Program-made: the position numbers and the translations under genes
Shown here: in pieces, positions 17,681-26,297 of the stretch
Position numbering within the stretch: position 1 is the first letter of the stretch
How the letters are laid out: each line of letters opens with the position of its first letter
The notes under the pieces: model-generated
What the model was told of the DNA's origin: nothing
Seen by the model: the letters and a program-made list of their open reading frames with translations, nothing else
Database searches by the model: none
Source of the DNA: a virus
Virus record (IMG/VR): IMGVR_UViG_3300045988_117192
Span: 1-64,000 of that record
Direction: 5' to 3' (one strand)
Length of the DNA: 64,000 bases

Positions 17681-18475
17681 ATGAATATAGCTGAAATGCA
17701 CGTGTGGTTTCGTCAATATGCTCAACAAATGGGTTTACAAAATGTTCGTGCTATCCTTCCAGAGCAAATTGACTTAGTTATTAATACGAGTATTACAGAT
17801 ATAGTCAATCAAATAATCACACAAAATATTGGTGTTACTAATGACAGAATTATTACTGATAATTCTAAAATTAGTCAAATAAATGCTTTAAGGTCTTTAT
17901 ATAAAACTATCGAAAGTGATTTAAGCGATACTACTATATGGACTAACGTAATAGAAACTCCTATTAGATCTATATCAGCTGATATAGCAAAAATAAAAGG
18001 TATTAATAAAACTTTTGATTATTTGTTTTTAGTAGATTTATCTATTAGGTATAGTTATTTATACAATGGTAGTAAAAAATTATCTACTAATTTATTTCCT
18101 GTAAGACTTATAGATGATAGTTATTTAGCTGATACTTTAAATGATTTTATATTGCGTCCTAAATTACGTTCACCTATAGCAGTTATAGCTAATGAAAAAT
18201 TAGAAGTTTATTATAAAAATGATTCTGATATTAGAGCAACAGAATTAACACCTTATTATTTAAGAATATCTTATATTGCTAAACCAGCTAAAGTAGCATA
18301 TTTAGCAGATCTTGGAGGTACTAATGTAGATTGTGATTTACCTGAATATCTTCATGTTGATATTCTTAAACACGCGGTTGATTTATATCGAATTGCTGTT
18401 AGTGGTCAACTTCATAATTCTCAGCAACAAGCTCAACCACAACAACAAGGTCAAACTCAACAACAAACTCAATAA
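17681..18475 (+). CDS. virion structural protein, putative (264 aa)
   Basis: ORF in the head module with a Q-rich C-terminus (QQQAQPQQQGQTQQQTQ). Confidence 0.5.
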   Translation: MNIAEMHVWFRQYAQQMGLQNVRAILPEQIDLVINTSITDIVNQIITQNIGVTNDRIITDNSKISQINALRSLYKTIESDLSDTTIWTNVIETPIRSISADIAKIKGINKTFDYLFLVDLSIRYSYLYNGSKKLSTNLFPVRLIDDSYLADTLNDFILRPKLRSPIAVIANEKLEVYYKNDSDIRATELTPYYLRISYIAKPAKVAYLADLGGTNVDCDLPEYLHVDILKHAVDLYRIAVSGQLHNSQQQAQPQQQGQTQQQTQ

Positions 18476-18491
18476 TAAAATTTAATAAATT

Positions 18492-19391
18492 ATGAAGCAA
18501 TTACTTCTTTTAAGTAGCGATGTATATCCTTCAGAACTTAATGCTTATGATGTAACGAAGATTCCTGTTGGTCAAATTGCTGTTATGCAAAATGGTAGTA
18601 TTGTTACTTCTGTAGCTTCACTCAAAGATAAAAATTTTACAATTCTTTATCGTAAAAGTAAAGATACTCAAGTTAAAAATTTTGATGTAGATTATAACAG
18701 TCTTAGTATTGTTAAATCTGTATCACAAGCATCTAAAGCTAAGAAGATGACAGTTACTGTTCCTGCAACTGTAGCTAAGGAAACTTACGCTTTTACTATT
18801 GTAAAGAAAGGTAAAACTTTTAACGAACGTATTAATTATAGCTATTCTGAATATGCTAAAGCTGATGGTAAGCAAGCTGATGTAGCTGCTGCTCTTGCTA
18901 AAGTAGTTAATGCTAATACTGAAAATACAGGTGTTAAAGCTACTGTTTCTGCTGATGTTATTACTCTTGAAAATGTAGTTAATGAAGATTTTAATGTAGT
19001 TAGTGAACTTTGTACTATTGCTACTATTCAAGAATTTGCTCCTGCTATTCTTGATGCAGCTTATGTAAAAGATTTAGCTCAACGCTGTATTGCTGGTAAA
19101 GGTATTCAATATCTTGCAGAAGATGGTAAAGAACTTTATCCTGGTTATCCTGAAGCTGTAGCAGATGGTTATTATGCAATGTATACTCTTCGTTTTGCTA
19201 ATAAACGTGCTGCTAGTAGTCAACATAGTGATAATGTTTATCAACTTATTCATGTTGTATTCCCTGTTAAAGCTGTAGAAGGTTCTGGTACTGGTACTGC
19301 TACTACTAGTGTTTTTGAAAAATTAATCAATAGTGGTGTTCCTGTTCCTCCATCTAGTGATGTTACAGACAAAACTAAAAGTATTATTTAA
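18492..19391 (+). CDS. virion structural protein, putative (299 aa; Ala/Val-rich)
   Basis: ORF followed at 19408-19432 by a perfect intrinsic terminator, which suggests a highly expressed structural gene. Confidence 0.5.
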   Translation: MKQLLLLSSDVYPSELNAYDVTKIPVGQIAVMQNGSIVTSVASLKDKNFTILYRKSKDTQVKNFDVDYNSLSIVKSVSQASKAKKMTVTVPATVAKETYAFTIVKKGKTFNERINYSYSEYAKADGKQADVAAALAKVVNANTENTGVKATVSADVITLENVVNEDFNVVSELCTIATIQEFAPAILDAAYVKDLAQRCIAGKGIQYLAEDGKELYPGYPEAVADGYYAMYTLRFANKRAASSQHSDNVYQLIHVVFPVKAVEGSGTGTATTSVFEKLINSGVPVPPSSDVTDKTKSII

Positions 19392-19407
19392 CTTAATGAT
19401 TAATAAT

Positions 19408-19432
19408 TAGCTCTCTTTATAAAAGAGAGCTA
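19408..19432 (+). terminator. intrinsic terminator (stem TAGCTCTCTTT / AAAGAGAGCTA, loop ATA) followed by TTATTGCTTTT
   Basis: Perfect 11-bp inverted repeat immediately after the stop at 19391, with a T-rich tail. Confidence 0.7.
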
Positions 19433-19435
19433 TTA

Positions 19436-20071
19436 TTGCTTTTAAAGATGAATGACCTACAATCAATTAATGATTTAATTAGTAGTGCAGTTAAAGATTC
19501 ATCTTATATCACAGTTATTATTTCTAGTTGTGTTTTTCTTATTTATACAGCTATTGTTAAAATTGTTGATATAGTTAAAGCTAAAGACAGAGCCAAACCA
19601 TTACTTGAAATGGCAAATGCTGTCAAAGAAATTAGTCAAAATGTAGTTAAACTTAATACTGTTTTAGATAAAACAATTAAAGATTCTGAAGCTAAAGAAA
19701 TTAGTAGAATAAACCAAGTGATAAATGTTTCATTTGATAGTTTTAAATCTTCTGTATTAGATGAATGTATTGATATAATTATACATAATAATATAGAAAC
19801 TAATAGAGAAAGTATTAAACAAACTATTTATAAATGTGTAAATACTGAATACTATAAAGTTTATTCTATTTTTTCAGCTTATGAACATGATGATGTTAAT
19901 GTTTCTACTAGTATAAAAGAGGAATGGATTGATGATACTACTAGTGAATGTCTTCAGATAATATATAACGGACAAGATTCTGTTAGTCGTATAAGACAAT
20001 TAAATAACAAACTTAATATTATTACTGAAGAATATTCTATTTATATTAAAAATAAAGTATTTAACCATTAA
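19436..20071 (+). CDS. membrane-anchored hypothetical protein (211 aa)
   Basis: N-terminal hydrophobic helix YITVIISSCVFLIYTAIVKIV. Confidence 0.5.
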   Translation: MLLKMNDLQSINDLISSAVKDSSYITVIISSCVFLIYTAIVKIVDIVKAKDRAKPLLEMANAVKEISQNVVKLNTVLDKTIKDSEAKEISRINQVINVSFDSFKSSVLDECIDIIIHNNIETNRESIKQTIYKCVNTEYYKVYSIFSAYEHDDVNVSTSIKEEWIDDTTSECLQIIYNGQDSVSRIRQLNNKLNIITEEYSIYIKNKVFNH

Positions 20072-20184
20072 TAAGATGTTCTTATTATTATGAATGCTGA
20101 TTATTAAATATTTAATTGTTCTACTAGAATTACTATAGTTAGTAATTTTAGTAGAACTTTTTTGTTATTAAAATTATAATTATT

Positions 20185-20808
20185 ATGTTTAAACAACTTT
20201 GTAAAAATCTTATTGATAGTTTAGGTGTTAATACACTTATAGGAACTAGAGTTAAATCTATATTAGATTTTATATCTAATGATAATGAAGCAACTAATTA
20301 TAGAATTAAAGAACTTCAAAATGAAACTATTATAAATACAGATGTTATTGATAAATTAGTTAATTTAAATAATTTTGCTACTAGTGAATTTACTGAATGT
20401 ACAGAACCTAGTCATAAAGCTACAGCTCAAAAAATTTATATAAGTGAAAGTGTTCAAAAAATACCTATATTAAGAAGTATTACAATTAAAATATCAGCTG
20501 ATGCGTCAGATACTAATCCTATAGGAATTACACTTACAGATAAAACTCAGAGTATTATATTTGGTAAATCTAGTAATTATATAACGCAAGCAGATAATAA
20601 AAATAAATTTGTTACTTGGTATTTTGATTATGTAACTATACCTAGTGGACAACTTAATATTTTATTTAAAAATAAAAAAGATGAATTACATTCTTGTCGT
20701 TTACATGCTGCTGTTAAATCTGAAAATGTTATTTGTGTAAATAATGATGCTGAATATAATAATATTTGTCCAGCTTTAGGTATTAATAAATCTATTAATA
20801 ATGATTAA
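20185..20808 (+). CDS. hypothetical protein, paralog of 21698..22450 (207 aa)
   Basis: Shared C-terminal block (…SSNYI(T/I)Q(A/S)DN(K/I)NK(F/Y)VTWYFD…CPA(L/I)G(I/F)N). Confidence 0.5.
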   Translation: MFKQLCKNLIDSLGVNTLIGTRVKSILDFISNDNEATNYRIKELQNETIINTDVIDKLVNLNNFATSEFTECTEPSHKATAQKIYISESVQKIPILRSITIKISADASDTNPIGITLTDKTQSIIFGKSSNYITQADNKNKFVTWYFDYVTIPSGQLNILFKNKKDELHSCRLHAAVKSENVICVNNDAEYNNICPALGINKSINND

Positions 20809-21004
20809 TGAAAAACTTATAAATAAAGATATAGTTAAAGTTACAAATATTATTTTAGAAGTTGAGTCATTAGGATATATTCCTAATACTAAAAAGTATC
20901 TTAAACTTAATAAAAATATTATTTGTAAGAAATTAAATAGATACAATACTATATTTAATTCTGTATTTAGACAGAATGTAATACACTTTTATAATAAATT
21001 ATAA
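20801..21004 (+). CDS. small hypothetical protein (67 aa)
   Basis: ORF overlapping the upstream stop. Confidence 0.35.
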   Translation: MINEKLINKDIVKVTNIILEVESLGYIPNTKKYLKLNKNIICKKLNRYNTIFNSVFRQNVIHFYNKL

Positions 21005-21009
21005 AGAAT

Positions 21010-21696
21010 ATGGAAATAATTAATGCAAATCTTTTATATCTTTGTATTCCTAAAACTTGGAACAATACATATTATAAACTTTTATATTTACTTGCTGAAG
21101 AAGGTAAAGATATAATAGATGATTGTAATTATATTTGTTCTAATAAAGGCAATAATGTTTTTACTTGTTGGAATCTTTTTCAAAGTGCTATTGCAGCAAA
21201 TGAAATAGGTGAAAATAAAAAAGCTAATTTATTTATTAATTATATAGATAAACAATTAGATTATTATAGCAAAAGTAAAAATATTATAATACCTAATATT
21301 GATGAAAACAAAGAATATCCTAAAATAAGTATAGAACCTAATGATGATGATACTTTTACTGTTGTATTAGAATATAAAGATAAACAATCTATTATTAAGT
21401 TTTCTACTATTGAAACTCCAGTTATATATTATGGAAGTAGTAATACTAATATAGCTAATGGTGTAGATTTAAAAATACTTACTAAAACAGATAATAGTAT
21501 ATTTAATAAAAATATTACTATTGAAACAACTAAGTTTGATAAATATATTTGGTTTGTTTCTACAGTAGAACTCACATTTACTTGTGGTAATATTCCTGTA
21601 ACTTTAAATCAAACTAATATTAATAATTTATATTATTATAATACAGATGCTTTAATTGCTGGAAATGATAATGTTTTTATTATAAATAAAAAATAG
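21010..21696 (+). CDS. hypothetical protein (228 aa)
   Basis: ORF between the two paralogs. Confidence 0.5.
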   Translation: MEIINANLLYLCIPKTWNNTYYKLLYLLAEEGKDIIDDCNYICSNKGNNVFTCWNLFQSAIAANEIGENKKANLFINYIDKQLDYYSKSKNIIIPNIDENKEYPKISIEPNDDDTFTVVLEYKDKQSIIKFSTIETPVIYYGSSNTNIANGVDLKILTKTDNSIFNKNITIETTKFDKYIWFVSTVELTFTCGNIPVTLNQTNINNLYYYNTDALIAGNDNVFIINKK

Positions 21697-21697
21697 T

Positions 21698-22450
21698 ATG
21701 GAAACTAAATATCCTAATACTCTAGTTTCTTCTAGAGAAGATAAAAAGTTAGTTTATGGTAATGATGTTTATAGTAAATATTATGGTAAATCTATTGAAG
21801 ATAAAGTAATGGATTTAGATAATGAACATTATACTATAAAAAATGATATAAAAACTAATAAAGAAGATATTAAACATATAAAAGGTACAATAGAACATAT
21901 TACTGATGTTATGTCTACACAATATTATACTAATACAGAAGTAGATAATAAATTAGGTAATATTATTGAAAATACTTGGTGTACTAAAGAACTTTTAAAT
22001 TGTTTAAATAATAATGATACTCATAAATTATATGTTGGCAGAATAGATATTCCTAAAACTATAAGTAATGTAAATTATTTTACTACAATTACTATAAAAT
22101 TAGCTAAAGATTCAACTAATAGTAATTCTTTAAAAATAAGAGTATTAGATACTGAAGATAATTTTATAGCTGATAGTAGTAATTATATAATACAATCAGA
22201 TAATATAAATAAATATGTAACATGGTATTTCGATCCTATTATAATTCCTCAAAATGGTGTTCATATTAGATTTATAGATTTAAATAATAAATATGACTAT
22301 TTACGTGTTCATGGAAGTATGGATGATGTAGGTATAACTTGTTTAGGTATGGATTTACAAGTTTATGCTATGTGTCCTGCTATAGGCTTTAATGTAACAC
22401 CTTTAGTTCATTTAGATTTATATAATAAATTTGTTTCACTTAATGTTTAA
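21698..22450 (+). CDS. hypothetical protein, paralog of 20185..20808 (250 aa)
   Basis: See 20185..20808. The conserved C-terminal domain is duplicated. Confidence 0.5.
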   Translation: METKYPNTLVSSREDKKLVYGNDVYSKYYGKSIEDKVMDLDNEHYTIKNDIKTNKEDIKHIKGTIEHITDVMSTQYYTNTEVDNKLGNIIENTWCTKELLNCLNNNDTHKLYVGRIDIPKTISNVNYFTTITIKLAKDSTNSNSLKIRVLDTEDNFIADSSNYIIQSDNINKYVTWYFDPIIIPQNGVHIRFIDLNNKYDYLRVHGSMDDVGITCLGMDLQVYAMCPAIGFNVTPLVHLDLYNKFVSLNV

Positions 22451-22456
22451 ATTATT

Positions 22457-22579
22457 ATGGCTAAAAAATCTTCTTCTACTCCTAAAAGTCAAAATGGTAC
22501 TAAAATTACTCGTACTAACAGTCCAAAACCTTTAATTCCTAAAGCTGGAGTAACACATTCTGGACAAAGATCTTATTAA
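22457..22579 (+). CDS. small basic protein, 40 aa (MAKKSSSTPKSQNGTKITRTNSPKPLIPKAGVTHSGQRSY), not in the ORF track
   Basis: ATG in the typical ATTATGGCTAAAAAATC context, identical to the gene at 57443. Uninterrupted to TAA at 22577-22579. Confidence 0.3.
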   Translation: MAKKSSSTPKSQNGTKITRTNSPKPLIPKAGVTHSGQRSY

Positions 22580-22583
22580 TATT

Positions 22584-22790
22584 ATGGAACATTTTAGTAT
22601 AAAGTCTATATGTTTTGAAGAATGTAAAGAAGAATCTTCACGTAATCATCGTTATGATGATGAAGACGAATATGATAAATATTCATCTAAACGTAAGAAT
22701 CGTAGAGATTACGATGATGAAGATTATGATGATTACGATGATGATTATAAGCGTTCATCTAGACATTCTTTTCCAAGAAGCAGATATTAA
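22584..22790 (+). CDS. small highly charged D/Y/E-rich protein (68 aa)
   Basis: Contains DDEDEYDKY…RDYDDEDYDDYDDDYKR. Intrinsically disordered, acidic and tyrosine-rich. Confidence 0.4.
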   Translation: MEHFSIKSICFEECKEESSRNHRYDDEDEYDKYSSKRKNRRDYDDEDYDDYDDDYKRSSRHSFPRSRY

Positions 22791-22817
22791 TAAATTGTAT
22801 ATCTAAAAGTTTCTAAT

Positions 22818-23240
22818 ATGAAAAGAGATAGTCTTGATAGTTTTGATGTTCTTCCTGAAGATATGATTAATTATCTTCGTTATAATGGTAGACATTTTAA
22901 TCATAAACTTTGTAGTTATGCAGTTTCTAGAATGAAATCCAAAGTTTCTTCTACGGGGGAGCTTAAATCAATCACTCCTATCACTAAAGAAGCTTTAGAT
23001 GCTAAACTAGATGATTATAATATAAAACTTAAAGAAAATCAACTTTATGATTATGTTTATGTAGCTAATATGTGTAAAGCTGATTTTCTAGGTAGTAGTA
23101 TTGATGATGAAAGACATCTTTGTTTATATGTAAAAGATGTTATAGATGATCCTGATGGTTATGATGGACTTGTATTTAATCGTTGGTATGCTGATATGTG
23201 TAGACAAGGTATTCCTATAGATTGGCATGAGTTTATTTAA
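22818..23240 (+). CDS. hypothetical protein (140 aa)
   Basis: ORF with an in-frame forward copy of the dispersed motif (VSSTGELKS). A terminator follows. Confidence 0.5.
   Translation: MKRDSLDSFDVLPEDMINYLRYNGRHFNHKLCSYAVSRMKSKVSSTGELKSITPITKEALDAKLDDYNIKLKENQLYDYVYVANMCKADFLGSSIDDERHLCLYVKDVIDDPDGYDGLVFNRWYADMCRQGIPIDWHEFI
22947..22963 (+). repeat. dispersed motif copy 5 (forward, 17-nt TCTTCTACGGGGGAGCT)
   Basis: Direct read. In-frame in gene 22818..23240. Confidence 0.9.
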
Positions 23241-23253
23241 TAGTTGTAAAATT

Positions 23254-23295
23254 AGTAGTAATAATAGTTGAAAAACTGTTATTACTACTTTTTTA
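23254..23295 (+). terminator. intrinsic terminator (11-bp stem AGTAGTAATAA / TTATTACTACT, 14-nt loop) plus TTTTTT
   Basis: Perfect inverted repeat right after the stop at 23240, followed by a T-run. Confidence 0.7.
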
Positions 23296-23404
23296 TTTCT
23301 ACTATTTGTTCTTATAGTTAATTAAACGTAATCATTTTGATGATTAAATATAAAATAATATATTTGTTTATGATAAAATTATATATAATCTAATTAATTA
23401 AATT

Positions 23405-23737
23405 ATGATAGAAGAAGTTATTAGCAATATAGTAAATACAACTATTGCTAGTTTTGATTTTCCTTATTGTGTTATTGTTAACCTTTTAACTTATCTTACT
23501 ATTAAATATATTAGTATTCGTAAACCTAAATGGTTTGGTACTTGGAGTAAACGTTTAGTATTTTTTATAATTTCTATTTTAGTTGCTATTGTTTATTGTT
23601 CTAGTGGTAGTGATTATAAAATTATTTTTAATTCTATTATTCTTGCTCCTGTATCATGGTCTTGGATATTTAAACCTATTTGTAATAAACTTAATATTGG
23701 TTATAAAATTGATAAAGAACTTCATGATATACTTTAG
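23405..23737 (+). CDS. small multi-pass membrane protein (110 aa)
   Basis: Three hydrophobic segments. It is an isolated gene with its own flanking non-coding DNA. Confidence 0.45.
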   Translation: MIEEVISNIVNTTIASFDFPYCVIVNLLTYLTIKYISIRKPKWFGTWSKRLVFFIISILVAIVYCSSGSDYKIIFNSIILAPVSWSWIFKPICNKLNIGYKIDKELHDIL

Positions 23738-23743
23738 TTCTTG

Positions 23744-23766
23744 TATATTTTTATTTTAGATTTAAG
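23744..23766 (+). promoter_or_regulatory. candidate Bacteroidota-type promoter (TATATTTTTATTTTAGATTTAAG; -7-like TAGATTTA)
   Basis: Second copy of the 13380-13402 motif, ~190 bp upstream of the tail-gene block starting at 23951. Confidence 0.45.
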
Positions 23767-23883
23767 CCAGTTTATCTTATAGCTTATAACTTAATCAGTC
23801 AATTATAAAGAATGGCTTAAATCGAAGATATACTATGAAATTCGTAATGTTTACTTGAATTTATAACTTTGACTAAAACTAAT

Positions 23884-23902
23884 TAGCTCCCCCGTAGAAG
23901 AG
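23884..23902 (-). repeat. dispersed motif copy 6 (reverse: TAGCTCCCCCGTAGAAGAG)
   Basis: Direct read. Intergenic, 50 bp upstream of gene 23951. Confidence 0.9.
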
Positions 23903-23950
23903 TATTATAATGCTCTAATTAAATATAATTATAAACTTAATATTAATAAT

Positions 23951-24637
23951 ATGGCAAGTATTGCAATGTTAGTTAGTGAATTTGCTCATAGTTTAAAGCA
24001 ACCTAATAATAAAGCTTTACGTCAAAACATTAAACAACTTATTATTCATACTCGTAATGAAATTATACGTAGAAGTTATGAAAATCATGGATATGTAGAT
24101 AAAGGTTTAGTACAAAGATTTAAAGTTTCTCTTATTGATGTTTTAGATGGTGAATTAGAAATTCCTAATGATTTAGAAGATGTAGATATTACTACAATAA
24201 AGCGAACTAAAGATAAAGTTCCAAGACCTGTAAGACTTACTAATAATCTTCCTTTTGATAGAGTTAGTAGTATAGGTTTTAAAACAAATAAAGAATTTCC
24301 ATTTATTAAAGAAACTAGTGCTAGATTTAGAAGTTCAGTTCCTGGTTTATGTGGCATTCCTTGTTATGATTATATAAATGGTTATATTTATATTTTTCCT
24401 ACTAATAATAAACCTATAAATATTAATAATATATGTATTGAAAGTGCTTTTGAACATCCTAATGAAATTCAAGAACTTAATAAAGAAGTTGATGAAATGC
24501 AATTATTTATGGATGAAAATGAATGGTTACTTAGTGAAGATATGATTGGTCAAATTAAAGATATTATTTATAAACGTGATTTACTTAGTACTGTTAGAGA
24601 AACAAATGAAATCCCAAATACTATAAAATATAATTAA
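23951..24637 (+). CDS. tail-module protein, putative (228 aa)
   Basis: First ORF of the long tail-gene operon. Confidence 0.5.
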   Translation: MASIAMLVSEFAHSLKQPNNKALRQNIKQLIIHTRNEIIRRSYENHGYVDKGLVQRFKVSLIDVLDGELEIPNDLEDVDITTIKRTKDKVPRPVRLTNNLPFDRVSSIGFKTNKEFPFIKETSARFRSSVPGLCGIPCYDYINGYIYIFPTNNKPININNICIESAFEHPNEIQELNKEVDEMQLFMDENEWLLSEDMIGQIKDIIYKRDLLSTVRETNEIPNTIKYN

Positions 24638-24643
24638 TAAATT

Positions 24644-25606
24644 ATGGCAATAAAAAATGTACCAGTAGGTGTTAGGCATTATCATAGAAGTATGCTTAAT
24701 ACTTTTAGTAAGAAAAGAGAAGAAGCTCTTACAAAACTTAACGAACTTAATAAAAAAATTAAAGTTGAACATGATGAGATTAAATCTAATCTAAATGTAT
24801 ATAAAGACATTTGTGGTGTTAATCTTTTAGATTATGATGAATTTGTAAATAATAAATATAATAATGGTAAGTTTTTAAAACTTACTAAAGGTATGTATAT
24901 AAATCGTTCTAATAATTATGAATTAGTTAGTGATTTATTTAATGTTCATACTTTAGCTATTCATCAAAAACAAATAAATGAACTTGAAAAAGAAGTAAGT
25001 TTATATGATAAATGTCTTAAACTAAAACCTAATGATTATTTTAAAATTCTTCGTACTTTTTATACTGAAGTTCATAAACAAATGATTGTTAATGGTTATG
25101 GTTATGCTTATACTGGTCGTTTAGGTTGGATTTGTGTTAATCGTGTTGTTATTAAAGGTCATCGTAAACAAGTTCTAGATTGGCAAGCTACTAAGAAAAG
25201 AGAAGCTGAACTTAAAGCACAAGGTAAACGTATTTATAATAAAGAAGAAGCTGAATGGTGTGCTAGAAATGGTATAGAATATAAAGCTGAAGATAAACGA
25301 GTTTATATGAAACCAGAATCTTATTATGAACTTTGTTTATGTAATTGTCAACTTCCTAATGCTACAGGTTTTGTTCCTGAATTTGTAGATTATAGAGCTG
25401 CTGGACTTAGAGGTAAAACTAATCAAGATTTAATCAACGATTGTCATAATAATGTTGAAGAAATTACTCAACTGCCTATAGATCTTAAAACTAAAGTTAT
25501 ACTTTGTAATAAAGTAGATCCTATTTTATATACTAAATTTATACGTAATGAAAATCAAGCAACATACACTAAAGATAAGTCGTCTTATTGGAAAAATAGA
25601 CAATGA
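24644..25606 (+). CDS. tail-module protein, putative (320 aa)
   Basis: ORF. Confidence 0.5.
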   Translation: MAIKNVPVGVRHYHRSMLNTFSKKREEALTKLNELNKKIKVEHDEIKSNLNVYKDICGVNLLDYDEFVNNKYNNGKFLKLTKGMYINRSNNYELVSDLFNVHTLAIHQKQINELEKEVSLYDKCLKLKPNDYFKILRTFYTEVHKQMIVNGYGYAYTGRLGWICVNRVVIKGHRKQVLDWQATKKREAELKAQGKRIYNKEEAEWCARNGIEYKAEDKRVYMKPESYYELCLCNCQLPNATGFVPEFVDYRAAGLRGKTNQDLINDCHNNVEEITQLPIDLKTKVILCNKVDPILYTKFIRNENQATYTKDKSSYWKNRQ

Positions 25607-26294
25607 TTTTAATATAAGTGAATCTGATTGGATACCTAGAGTTGCAGCTTGGGTTATTGATGCTCTTTCACAAATGAAAGTTCTTCCTATGGAACGTAAA
25701 CGTAGAGTACTTGAAGTTAGTGAAAGAATTGCTCAATTTCCTTGTTGTATTAATGCAGATGAAATTAAAGTTTATGATAAAAATGGTTGTGAAATATCGC
25801 AATTAGATAGTAATAGTTCTTGTGGATGTAATATTAATGATAATAATTATAGTCCACAAGAAATTGCTGTTATTGATGATAATAATAAAAGTGGTGTAAA
25901 CTTTATGAATGTTGGAACTGTTGTTAATAATAGTAATCGTAATTTTGTTCTTCAAGGTAATAATATAGAACTTAATTTTAATACTGATAAAATTATAGTT
26001 GAAACTTTAGAAGTAGCTACTTATTATGATGAATATTATGATTGCGAAGTTCCTTATATTTATGATGATGGTTTGCTTTTAGAAGCTCTTGCTTGGTATT
26101 GTTTATTTAAATATCTTAGTAGAGGTAGTAAGCATACTATTTATGATTTAAAAAGTACTAACGCTGTAATCAATCCTTATATGCAATGGCAAGCTCTTAA
26201 AGTTAAAGCTGCTAATTCTGTTAAAATTAAACTTAATCAAGATAAAGGTTGGCGTAGTTTCTTTTATAATAGTACATTCATTCCAAGAGGTTAA
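25548..26294 (+). CDS. tail-module protein, putative (248 aa)
   Basis: ORF overlapping its upstream neighbour by 59 nt. The true start may lie later. Confidence 0.45.
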   Translation: MKIKQHTLKISRLIGKIDNDFNISESDWIPRVAAWVIDALSQMKVLPMERKRRVLEVSERIAQFPCCINADEIKVYDKNGCEISQLDSNSSCGCNINDNNYSPQEIAVIDDNNKSGVNFMNVGTVVNNSNRNFVLQGNNIELNFNTDKIIVETLEVATYYDEYYDCEVPYIYDDGLLLEALAWYCLFKYLSRGSKHTIYDLKSTNAVINPYMQWQALKVKAANSVKIKLNQDKGWRSFFYNSTFIPRG

Positions 26295-26297
26295 ACT

